Assembly: GCA_044376115.1 (NCBI GenBank)
Contig: JBILLK010000032.1
Span: 1 to 64,000, forward strand
Source of the DNA: Polyangiaceae bacterium
GTDB lineage: Bacteria; Myxococcota_A; Polyangia; Polyangiales; Polyangiaceae
Length of the DNA stretch: 64,000 nucleotides
Direction: 5' to 3'
The position numbers were made by a program, and so were the translations under genes. A model generated the notes under the pieces. That model saw only the letters and a list, made by a program, of their open reading frames with translations, made no database searches and was not told where the DNA came from. Shown here piece by piece: positions 1 through 8,260 of the stretch (position 1 is the first letter of the stretch; the number at the start of each line of letters is the position of its first letter).

Positions 1-102
1 ACCTTACGGGCGCCGGCGCATGACTCGAGGCCAGCGTGGTTCGCTACTCCTTCGCTGTCTTGGACTTTCACCTTTCACACCTTGCCGGTTTCACCGGCGC
101 AC
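1..102 (-). mobile_element. Group II intron, 5' end (domain I start), continuing beyond the left edge of the window
   Basis: Minus strand from 102 reads GTGCGCCGGTGAAACCGGCAAGG...GTGAAAGTCC...GAAGGAGTAGCGAACCACGCTGGCCTCGAGTCATGCG. This has the GUGYG 5' consensus plus a domain-I stretch I recall from bacterial class E-like introns. It begins exactly where the DUF559 similarity breaks off. Confidence 0.8.
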
Positions 103-324
103 ATACCCGCCGTCCACCTCCACGACCAGCTTGCAAGACGGCGCAACAAAGTCTGCGATGTACCGCCCCAGCGGCGCCTGACGGCGAAACCCAACACCCA
201 GCCGCGACCCCTTCAAAGACTCCCAGAGCCGCGCCTCCGAGAGCGTGAGCGACCCACGGTTCACAGCCGCACGAGCCACATTGATTGCAGACGGTGCAGA
301 ACAAGGACGAGGAAACGAACGCAT
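103..324 (-). CDS. DUF559 / Vsr-like endonuclease, 5' exon (interrupted by the group II intron)
   Basis: TLSEARLWESLKGSRLGVGFRRQAPLGRYIADFVAPSCKLVVEVDGGY matches the DUF559 pattern. AGGAG SD at 335..331. The expected His after DGGY is replaced by intron sequence. Confidence 0.85.
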
Positions 325-340
325 AAACCACTCCTGAGCC

Positions 341-495
341 CGACCAAGGAGAAGGGCTTCTCCCCATCAAGCGCAGGTCTCCGTGACGGGCTTGGTCGCG
401 TCACCCGCAACAAAATCCTTTCACCGCTAACCACCTATCGACCCCAAGCCCGGCGCGGAACGTGCGCGTTAGGGAGATGCCCTTCTCCTTGGTTG
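341..495. other. Long imperfect hairpin (~155 nt) in the DUF559 leader; candidate structured RNA or ssDNA element
   Basis: 341-364 pairs with 472-495 (22/24 Watson-Crick), 371-375 with 463-467, and 380-398 with 439-459. The ~40-nt loop spans 399-438. Confidence 0.7.
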
Positions 496-616
496 CGCGA
501 AGGTTATAGCCCTCGTCGGTGCAAGCCTTGCGAGCGGGCCAAGAAGCCACAAGACGCTGTCTCCAAGCGAGCCCAGACAGTGTGATAAGGCCTCCACACT
601 TCCGCCTGCCTCCCGC

Positions 617-834
617 AAGCCGACTCCCCCATCCGCGCGCAGCGCAACGCAGTGGAGCAAGCCCGGATAAGGGGGAGTGGTGGCGCAGCGTAACGCAGTG
701 GAGCGAGCACACCGAGGGGGCCTACCCAAAGCCGACTCCCCCATCCGCGCGCAGCGCAACGCAGTGGAGCAAGCCCGGATAAGGGGGAGCAGTGGCGCAG
801 CGCAGCTCCGCTGCGCGAGCACACCGAGGGGGCC
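617..834. repeat. Two tandem ~106-bp REP-like palindromic units (period 112 bp)
   Basis: 617-722 and 729-834 are near identical. Each has a CTCCCCC-ATCCG...CGGAT-AA-GGGGGAG stem and two copies of a GCGCAGCGYAACGCAGTGGAGCRAGC-like submotif (the last copy is degenerate). Confidence 0.9.
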
Positions 835-838
835 CCCC

Positions 839-3202
839 CTAAGGCGTCTCTACCTTGGTACCGATCTGAAAACTGAAGGGCGCTCCCGGGCGGGCACCGT
901 AGGGGCGATTGGAAGCGACGTAGGCCATATCGAGCAGGTTTCGGCCGGTCACATAGACCTTTAAATAGTCGAAGGGGCGCGCGTACACCGAGGCATCGAG
1001 GAGGAAGCTCGCGTCGGTTACCTCGAAGGGCTCCGGCTCCTCGTCTACGGCGCCTGCGGCCTCGCGCATGGCAGCTACATACGTGCCAGCCACGCTGCCG
1101 CCGACCAGCTTATGCTCGAGCCCCACCGAGCCGGAGACCTGATGCTCGGGTATATACGGTAAAACGTCTCCTTCGCTCACCTCGCCAAAGATCGGGTCGG
1201 ACGAGCTAAACGAGGTATCGAAGCGAGCGTGAGTAAAGGTATAGGCCAAGCGACCCGGGAGCGTGAGGTCGAGCGGGAGCTCCACTTCGGCGTCCACGTA
1301 GGCCTCGAGCCCAGCAACGGTCGCCGCGCCTGCATTGGATTGGACATCCACCTCGGCGACGCAGCCGGTGGAGAAGGTGCAGACGTTGGATAGGTTATTA
1401 TAATCGTTGTAAAAGCCAATCGCCTCTACGCGGAGGGTGCGCTTGGGAGACCAGCGGCCACCAAACTCATAGTTGACGCTCTTCTCCGGCGTCACACTGG
1501 AGGTTTGGCCGGGCGGCACCGGCGAGAAACCTTGATAGACGCCAGCGACCAAGCCGAAGTCCTCCGGCAGCGCGAGATGAGCGCCGGCCCCGGGAAGAAC
1601 GACCTGTTGCGTAATACCCTCCTGGCGCTCACCCAAGCGATCCTCGAAGCGGCTCTGAATCGATTCAACGCGAGCGCCGGCGGTGAGCGTCACCGGGCCC
1701 CAGGTAGCCGAGTGAATCCCCCAAAGGGATAACGCCAAGGTGCGGCCTTCATTGTCGGCGGTCGTCTCGGTGGGGCCGCCTTCCGGCGTGAGGTTCAGCC
1801 CGTCAATCAGGTAGCCATCCTGCGTATGAAGCCGCTCGATGCTATCGTAGTGAATCCGCGTACCGACCTCGATCTTGTGTTGAACCGGCCCGGTCTTGGG
1901 CCTCCATGAGGCCCGCGTCTGAAAGCCCTGGGAAACGAAGCGGCGGTCATTGGGACCGACCATTAGCGTCTCAGCGTCGGTGGAGGGCGGGATCTTCCCG
2001 GTGAGCACGCCATAGAAAACAGCATTGCGGGGGTCATCGGGGTTGGCCAATACGTCGTCGAGCGAGGCGCCACGGAAGCCGTTGACCTTGCGCCAGCTGC
2101 GGTCCATGTCATGGCGGTAAAACGTGGATTTGATATCGAGCTCGGAGCCGTGCATCGCGGTATGGGTCAACGCCACCTGGCTGCGCCAATACTCCATCCG
2201 ATCGAACTGGCTAGCTGCATATCGACGATAGGGATTGGCTTCAAAGTCGGCCGCCGTAAGTCCGAGGTAGGTCTCGTTGCTCTCCTCGGTGGAGAAGCCG
2301 ACCTTGAGCTCGACCTCGTGCAACAGTGAATCTGCGTTACCGAAGGACGCACGGACTTTGCCCATCAGTTCATTGCGGGCAAAACCAGTATCGCCGCCTC
2401 CGTCGAGCTCTTTGAAGCCGTTATTGGCCTCATGCACGCCCTCGAGCAACACAGCAAAATGATCGCCTGCGGTCGAAGCACGGACGTGGGCTTTGCGCGA
2501 TAGATAGAGGCCCATCGAGAGATCGGCGAAGGCATGCTCGCCTTCGGGGATGGGCGCCGTAATCAGGTCGATCGCACCGGCGATGGTGTGAGGCCCAAAG
2601 GCGATCGCGCTTGGCCCCTTCACGACCTTCACCGCAACCATGCGGGTGATCAGCGGGAAGTAATACGCAGCAGGAGCTGAATACGGCGCTGGGCCGAACA
2701 GCACGCCGTCCTCCATCAAGGTGATCTTCTTGCTGCGATCCGAGATGGCGCCGCGCATACCGATGTTGGGCCGCAAGCCAAAGCCGTCTTCCCCGCGCAC
2801 ATAAACGCCGGGCACCGATTGAAACACCTGATGCGGATCGCTGTATTCAAAGCGCTCGAGCTGCGCTTCACGGATGATATGAGCCGAGCCGACTGTCTCG
2901 CGAATCTTCGCGCCCGCAACGGTTACGTCGATGCCCTCGGGCTCTTCACTTTCCGCACCGGCTTCAGGGGCTGACTCGGCGGGCGGTAGCTCTTCAGCAA
3001 CGGGCTCGGTAGCGGGGGGCTCGGCGGCGGGCGGCTCCGGTTTAGGGGCAGACTCGGCGGGCGGCTCTGCCTTGGCGGTTGGCTCGGTTTTGGGCGCCGG
3101 CTCGGCGGGAGGAGCTTGGGGCGCAACCGGCTCGTCGGCCCGCGCTACCGAAGCGCTGGCGAATAGGCTGGTAAGCAGCGCAACGTTCAGTCGGTTCATC
3201 AT
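839..3202 (-). CDS. TonB-dependent receptor (FecA-like), with Pro/Glu-rich N-terminal extension
   Basis: Signal peptide; plug motifs (VPGVYVRGEDGFGLRPNIGMRG, VVKGPSAIAFG); C-terminal NLLD...YGARPG. ATGA overlap with the upstream stop at 3199-3202. Confidence 0.92.
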   Translation of the reverse strand: MMNRLNVALLTSLFASASVARADEPVAPQAPPAEPAPKTEPTAKAEPPAESAPKPEPPAAEPPATEPVAEELPPAESAPEAGAESEEPEGIDVTVAGAKIRETVGSAHIIREAQLERFEYSDPHQVFQSVPGVYVRGEDGFGLRPNIGMRGAISDRSKKITLMEDGVLFGPAPYSAPAAYYFPLITRMVAVKVVKGPSAIAFGPHTIAGAIDLITAPIPEGEHAFADLSMGLYLSRKAHVRASTAGDHFAVLLEGVHEANNGFKELDGGGDTGFARNELMGKVRASFGNADSLLHEVELKVGFSTEESNETYLGLTAADFEANPYRRYAASQFDRMEYWRSQVALTHTAMHGSELDIKSTFYRHDMDRSWRKVNGFRGASLDDVLANPDDPRNAVFYGVLTGKIPPSTDAETLMVGPNDRRFVSQGFQTRASWRPKTGPVQHKIEVGTRIHYDSIERLHTQDGYLIDGLNLTPEGGPTETTADNEGRTLALSLWGIHSATWGPVTLTAGARVESIQSRFEDRLGERQEGITQQVVLPGAGAHLALPEDFGLVAGVYQGFSPVPPGQTSSVTPEKSVNYEFGGRWSPKRTLRVEAIGFYNDYNNLSNVCTFSTGCVAEVDVQSNAGAATVAGLEAYVDAEVELPLDLTLPGRLAYTFTHARFDTSFSSSDPIFGEVSEGDVLPYIPEHQVSGSVGLEHKLVGGSVAGTYVAAMREAAGAVDEEPEPFEVTDASFLLDASVYARPFDYLKVYVTGRNLLDMAYVASNRPYGARPGAPFSFQIGTKVETP

Positions 3203-4593
3203 CGCATTACGCGCACGACGGGAGGAGCGGCGTCGGGGGCCGGAAGAATCCAATCAGCCTTGCGGAGGCCATCGGCGACCTGCACCAAGTCTACGTTCGG
3301 GTCGATCAAGCGCGCCGTGCGCCGCCCGTTCAAGCTGGCAATCGCGTCCACCCGCACCCGCACCGAATGACCGGTACGCGCTTGCCGCTCACGAGCAATG
3401 TGCTGCCCCAGCTGGAGGATCAGATCGGGCTGGGTGGCGAACTCGCGCAGCTGACGCGAATCGAGGTAGACGCGTGGACTTACCTCGGTGGTGCGGCCGG
3501 TGTCGAGGTCGTCAATGAGGTAGGTGACGCTCGCGTTCTTCTCGCGAACCATGACGCGCCAGGAGAAGCGCATGCCTTGCTCGTGCCAGTGCACGTCATC
3601 TCCATAGGTGAACGCCCGCAGCGGCATCAAGGCCTGGAGCACGACATAACCCGCAATCACGGCGCTGCCCAGTTTGAGCCAGGGGCGACCCTGCCACACA
3701 AACTCGGGCGTAGGTATCGCTGCGAGCGCAGGAAGCCGAAGCAACCTGCGGGGCCAGCTCGGCGAGAAGAAGGAGGTTGCCCCGGCCACCATGATGAACG
3801 GGAACATGCCAATCGGGAACAGCGCCCGGGTGACCGCGTGGAAGCCTATTACCACTAAAAAGGCTGGCACGCGGGTGCGGCGATAAAGTAGCCACCAGGC
3901 GATGGTCAGATCGAAGAGGCAGCCGGCCCAGCTCATTAGGTAAGGCGCCCAGCGATGCGAAAGCAGCGGGCCAACCAGCGGGAGCGAAGCGCGCGAGGAG
4001 AGCCAAATCGAAAGCGGCTGCGCGTGCAGCAGCCAATCCGCCGTTATTTTTGCGACGCCGGCATAGGTGTAGACGGTGCCGACCTGGAACGCGAGCAGCG
4101 CATAGCAGAGCGCTGGCACGGTGGTGCGCGGTGCCGCGCGACCAAGACGCACGGCAATGAGACCGTCGAGGCCGTAGGCGCGCCCGAGCGGCATGAACGC
4201 CAGCAGCAGGGTCATCAGGCTAAGCAGATAATAGTGATTGAGATAGTTGGTTACGTCGAGCAGCTGGACGTAGGTGATGGTCGCAAATAGCGTGATGATC
4301 GCTGCGCGGTAACACAGGCCCAGGGCCACCAGCAGCCCTGCCGCCGACATCGTCCAAAAGACGGCATGCATCCCGGTGCGCCCGAGCGGCTCGACGAACG
4401 GGGCAAACCAATAGGTGAAGAAGAAGCGCGGCTGGACGAACATCTGATCGACCCAGCCGTAAGCCAGAAAGCGCAGCGCGCTAACACAGGCCACGAGCCC
4501 AATCAGCACACGAAACGCCGCGATACCGGCCGCATCCTTTTGGCTGGCCAGCTGGGTCGCGAGGCGGTTCGCGTACCGCTCAATCATTGTCAC
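3199..4593 (-). CDS. HTTM domain protein (vitamin K-dependent gamma-carboxylase-like)
   Basis: Multiple TM helices; motifs YLNHYYL, YAGVAKITADWL, IGMFP, FSWRVM. Confidence 0.9.
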   Translation of the reverse strand: MTMIERYANRLATQLASQKDAAGIAAFRVLIGLVACVSALRFLAYGWVDQMFVQPRFFFTYWFAPFVEPLGRTGMHAVFWTMSAAGLLVALGLCYRAAIITLFATITYVQLLDVTNYLNHYYLLSLMTLLLAFMPLGRAYGLDGLIAVRLGRAAPRTTVPALCYALLAFQVGTVYTYAGVAKITADWLLHAQPLSIWLSSRASLPLVGPLLSHRWAPYLMSWAGCLFDLTIAWWLLYRRTRVPAFLVVIGFHAVTRALFPIGMFPFIMVAGATSFFSPSWPRRLLRLPALAAIPTPEFVWQGRPWLKLGSAVIAGYVVLQALMPLRAFTYGDDVHWHEQGMRFSWRVMVREKNASVTYLIDDLDTGRTTEVSPRVYLDSRQLREFATQPDLILQLGQHIARERQARTGHSVRVRVDAIASLNGRRTARLIDPNVDLVQVADGLRKADWILPAPDAAPPVVRVMR

Positions 4594-5827
4594 CCTCGAT
4601 CGACGCCGGGAGATCGAGGTCGAGCACGGTAATGAACTCGGTCTTGATGGTGTCGGTGAGCCGATCCACCGCAGCGTGGAGCGCTACAGCGGACTCTTTA
4701 TCCTCGCCAATCAGCTTGATCAGGTCCTTCTGCTGAAGAGCCTCCGCCGTCGCGATCGCGCTAGCGAGGTCCGCCGACATCCGCGACGCCAAATCCCCCG
4801 CACCAACGGTGCGCAGCAGGTCGTCGAAGCCGACGTCCTCCGATTGACTGCAGCCTTCGTAGACACGCTGGAAGCCGAGCAGGTTGTCGCGAATGTGGTC
4901 CACCGAGATGCGGGCGTATTGCGACTCGACGTCTTGCGGGCAGCTCCCCTCTGGGCAGGTATCGGCGATGCCCAAGGGCTTGGCGAGCTTGAGGTCTTTC
5001 ACCTCGGCCTCGAGGTAGAACATGCCATCCGAGATCGTGTTGAGCGCGAGCTGCTCCGAGGTGAAGGGCGAGTCACCCTTGCCTGCGTTCGCCAACTGGT
5101 CGCCAAAACCGCCGGTCCAAGAGGCTGACAGCTGCTCGGCCTTCTGCGCTAGATCCGCCGAAAGCACGTGCGCGTAGTCGCGCTTACGCTGTTGCCGCGT
5201 GGCGCTGCCGAGAGCATCCCACGTACCTTGGGTGTTGATGCTGGAGGTGGCCGAGCAGCCGTTATCCTCCGCGGTGTAAAAGAGGAGGTACTCTTGCGCG
5301 GCCAGTCCTCGCGTGTTGACGAGACCAACCGCCGCAAAGTTCTCGTCGTCGTACTTCTCAGAAACGAGCGCCTGCTCAACGAGACATCGGCTCACGAGCG
5401 GCCAGCTGTAGATGTAGTCGCGCAGGCCTTCACCTTCAGGCAGCGTTGTCGGCCCGGCTTTGCCGAGCTTCAGCAGCTCCGCCTGCTGCCAGAGTGAGAT
5501 CGTGTTCCGCCAAGCGGCCTGAGCCTGCATTTCCGCCTCGGGTGACGGGTCGACCGAAAGCGCCGCTGTCGCGTCCTCGAGCGCAAGCGTGGAGGTGTGC
5601 AGCTCGGAATAGAGCGCGGTGGCGCAGGTCGCTACAGCCTCGAGCACCATCGCCCGCGAGACGTCCTCCGGGCCGGTTGCGATCGTGCTCGGTGAGGTGG
5701 ACGGCCCTTCACCACCCGCGTTCCCCGTCGCTCCGGAGATTGAGTAGTAGGTCACGCGTTCACACGCGCTGACGCCCATGAGGGTAAGACCAAGCGCCGC
5801 AGCGGATACGAGAGACCGATGAAGCAT
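4580..5827 (-). CDS. Imelysin-family lipoprotein (iron-regulated)
   Basis: Lipobox GVSAC; YSWP, RGLAAQEYLL, KDLKLAKPLG, ESQYA; C-terminal EGDND. Confidence 0.85.
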   Translation of the reverse strand: MLHRSLVSAAALGLTLMGVSACERVTYYSISGATGNAGGEGPSTSPSTIATGPEDVSRAMVLEAVATCATALYSELHTSTLALEDATAALSVDPSPEAEMQAQAAWRNTISLWQQAELLKLGKAGPTTLPEGEGLRDYIYSWPLVSRCLVEQALVSEKYDDENFAAVGLVNTRGLAAQEYLLFYTAEDNGCSATSSINTQGTWDALGSATRQQRKRDYAHVLSADLAQKAEQLSASWTGGFGDQLANAGKGDSPFTSEQLALNTISDGMFYLEAEVKDLKLAKPLGIADTCPEGSCPQDVESQYARISVDHIRDNLLGFQRVYEGCSQSEDVGFDDLLRTVGAGDLASRMSADLASAIATAEALQQKDLIKLIGEDKESAVALHAAVDRLTDTIKTEFITVLDLDLPASIEGDND

Positions 5828-5845
5828 CGCAGTCTCTTAACGAAA

Positions 5846-5862
5846 TTGAAAGTAACATTCAA
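5846..5862. promoter_or_regulatory. Putative Fur box (deltaproteobacterial type)
   Basis: TTGAAAGTAACATTCAA matches WTGAAAATNATTTTCAW at 14/17. It lies 18 nt upstream of the imelysin start, in an otherwise GC-rich context. Confidence 0.7.
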
Positions 5863-5972
5863 CATGAATTGCGTCGCGCCGGGCGATCCCCCCTCGCTGG
5901 TGCCGAGGGAGTCCGCGGAGGACTGATGGCCGGGCGCCTCAGGTGTGTCTGAAGGTCAGCAAAGGACTATCC

Positions 5973-7349
5973 ATGAGCTCGATGGAGACCACGCGAGGAC
6001 ACGACAGCGCAGCCAACGAGTCGGTCGCCAAGGCAACCCGCCCGCGAGCGGGCTTGCCCTCGGTAGCACATCGGCTGGAGGTCATCGTTGAGCGGGAGGA
6101 TGGGCGGCCCTCGGGTCGGGTCTGCCTACTCGAAGGCGACGTTCTGCGCGTCGGCTCTCACGAGTCGAATGAGCTCGTGCTGCGCGACCCGATGGTTTCG
6201 CGCTTTCACTTTCAGCTGCGTGTGCGCGACGCGGGGGTAACACTGATCGACATCGGCTCGCTGAACGGCACCCTCTTAGGAGGCTATGCGGTGCGCGATG
6301 CGGAGCTGCGTCTGCCGGAGAGCCGGATCGAGGTCGGTAGCTGCACGCTGCTGGTGCGAGCGGTCGCCCAGCGCCGTGAGAGCTCGCTCTCCCCGCCGAT
6401 GTTCGGGGCCATGTTTGGTTCGGCTCCGGCGATGTTGCGGCTCTTCGAGCGGGTGACCAAGGTGGCGGCAGCCGACCAGGGCGCTGTGCTGATTGAAGGG
6501 GAAAGCGGCACGGGCAAAGAGCTGCTCGCCGCCGAGGTCGCGCGGCGAAGCAAACGTCGCGGCAAGCCTTTCGTCATTGTCGACTGCGGCGCTGTTGCGC
6601 CCACTTTGATGGAGTCGGAGCTGTTTGGCCATTGCCGGGGGGCGTTCACTGGCGCGACGACGGACCGCAAAGGGGCCTTTGAAGCGGCAGACGGTGGCAT
6701 CCTCTTTTTGGACGAGATCGGCGAGCTGCCGCTCGAGATGCAACCCAAGTTGTTGCGGGCGCTCGCGACCGGCGAGGTGAAAAGGGTCGGCGAGAATCAG
6801 GTCCGGCGCACCGACGTTCGAATCATCGCGGCCACCAATCGCTGCCTCGATAAGCAGGTCAATGAAGGTCGCTTCCGCGAGGACCTTTTCTATCGACTCA
6901 GCGTCCTGCGGCTCGATGTTCCCCCTTTGCGAGAGCGCGTGGTGGACCTGCCGCTGCTCGTGGGCTGCTTCCTCGAGCAGCTTGGAGCCACCGACAAACA
7001 TGGGCTCTTTGATGAGACGGTGATGCGCCGGCTCGAGACCTACGCTTGGCCGGGGAATGTGCGCGAGCTTCGCAACTACGTTGAGCGGGCGGTCGTGTTC
7101 GAGGAGCACCCGCCCCAAACGAATGCAGCGGCGAGCAGCGAGGCGCCAGCGCGCATCGACCTCACGGTGCCCTTTCGCGAGGCCAAAGAAGCGGCCATTC
7201 GCACCTTCGAGACGAATTACCTGTCAGCGCTGTTGGCAGAGAGCAACGGCAACGTAAGCCGCGCGGCGCGCAAGGCCAAAACCGACCGCATGTACCTGCA
7301 CCGGCTGCTACAGCGGTATGGGCTGAAAGACTCAGGCTCGCTCGAATAG
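5973..7349 (+). CDS. FHA-domain sigma54-dependent transcriptional activator (FHA-AAA+-Fis HTH)
   Basis: FHA (VSRFH, GSLNGT), GESGTGKE, GAFTGA, DEIGE, WPGNVRELRN, C-terminal HTH. Confidence 0.93.
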   Translation: MSSMETTRGHDSAANESVAKATRPRAGLPSVAHRLEVIVEREDGRPSGRVCLLEGDVLRVGSHESNELVLRDPMVSRFHFQLRVRDAGVTLIDIGSLNGTLLGGYAVRDAELRLPESRIEVGSCTLLVRAVAQRRESSLSPPMFGAMFGSAPAMLRLFERVTKVAAADQGAVLIEGESGTGKELLAAEVARRSKRRGKPFVIVDCGAVAPTLMESELFGHCRGAFTGATTDRKGAFEAADGGILFLDEIGELPLEMQPKLLRALATGEVKRVGENQVRRTDVRIIAATNRCLDKQVNEGRFREDLFYRLSVLRLDVPPLRERVVDLPLLVGCFLEQLGATDKHGLFDETVMRRLETYAWPGNVRELRNYVERAVVFEEHPPQTNAAASSEAPARIDLTVPFREAKEAAIRTFETNYLSALLAESNGNVSRAARKAKTDRMYLHRLLQRYGLKDSGSLE

Positions 7350-7365
7350 CCCCATTGGACTTTCG

Positions 7366-7794
7366 CTACTTCACTATCCGCCGCCGGCTCTGAATACGAC
7401 GCAACTTAGGCACGAGCCTCGAGAGCTCCACCGGATAGGCGAGTACGTCGGCCGCGCCAGCCGCAATCAGCGCCGCCAACTCATCCCCGCCGCCGGTCTT
7501 CACACAAACGACGATCGGAGCTTTAGGCCGATCCACAGCGCGCAGATAGGCGAGCGCGGCGCTAACATCGGCGGAGGCGTCGAGTAGGATCACGTCCGCC
7601 AAGGAGGCGGTCTGTAAACGCAAGCCGGCGAGTTCGAGCGCGATGCGGACGCCATCCTTCGCGAGATCGTGCGGCGGCGGTCCTACTTTTACGATGGCTA
7701 TCCAGCCAAGCTCGAGCGACGCGCTGCCCGCCTGACCGGCCACGGTCTCGGCAGTTGGTTCGACCTCAACGGGAAGCTTGCGCGTGGGGTTCAT
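7366..7794 (-). CDS. Atypical receiver-like domain protein
   Basis: ADVILLD...PIVVC...AAGAADVLAYP resembles a REC domain, but the conserved Lys is replaced by Tyr. Confidence 0.5.
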   Translation of the reverse strand: MNPTRKLPVEVEPTAETVAGQAGSASLELGWIAIVKVGPPPHDLAKDGVRIALELAGLRLQTASLADVILLDASADVSAALAYLRAVDRPKAPIVVCVKTGGGDELAALIAAGAADVLAYPVELSRLVPKLRRIQSRRRIVK

Positions 7795-8232
7795 TCGGCC
7801 CGCACCCCAAGCGAGAGCTGCTCCGAGACAAATCCGTCCGCTTCAGGCCAAGGGGTAAGCCGCGCGCTCAGCGACCCCACGATCCAGGTAGCCTGGAGTC
7901 GATGGTGCTGTGGGCACGAGGCGATTGAGCGATAGTGCACGCCCTCCGAACAGCAGAATTGGTGCCGCAAAAATCACGAGCAAATCCGATAGCAACGCCT
8001 CGAAAACAGCGGCCTCGAGCGCTCAACTTGAGGCTAGTCGCCCTCAGGGCACCGATGCGAGCCAATGTGCGCGTTATCCGACATCGGCAACAGATCGATT
8101 ACACGTATGCTTTCAGCGACTTGGCGCTGATCCAGGCCGTGGCGTTCGCTCGAAGTGCAAACCAACTGTGCACAGTGTGCAAGCGTTGACCAAAACCGCG
8201 CATCGTCCTGTTCAAACGAGCGTTTACAGCGT

Positions 8233-8247
8233 TGGTCCGGTGATTGC
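8233..8247 (+). promoter_or_regulatory. Putative sigma54 (-24/-12) promoter
   Basis: TGGTCCG-GTGA-TTGC has the correct GG-N10-GC spacing. A palindrome ACTGTGCACAGT (8165-8176) lies upstream. Confidence 0.55.
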
Positions 8248-8260
8248 TGGAGCGGAGCGC

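Noticed and set aside
617..834. CRISPR or guide-RNA array interpretation of the repeats
   Set aside because: Only two long units, the intervening sequence is also duplicated (no unique spacers), and there are no cas genes.
839..870. TonB receptor ends in ETP rather than an aromatic residue, suggesting truncation by the repeat
   Set aside because: The terminal beta-strand pattern (FQIGTKV) is present; this cannot be distinguished from natural variation without homologues.
36..964. Numerous short ORFs across the left-end non-coding region
   Set aside because: They are translations of hairpins and repeats or shadows of DUF559, with no protein-like motifs.
7791..8260. Possible small minus-strand ORF ending in an ATGA overlap at 7791, and the 7910 N-terminal extension of the lysozyme ORF
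   Set aside because: No recognisable motif. The lipoprotein signal and promoter-like box support a start at 8261.
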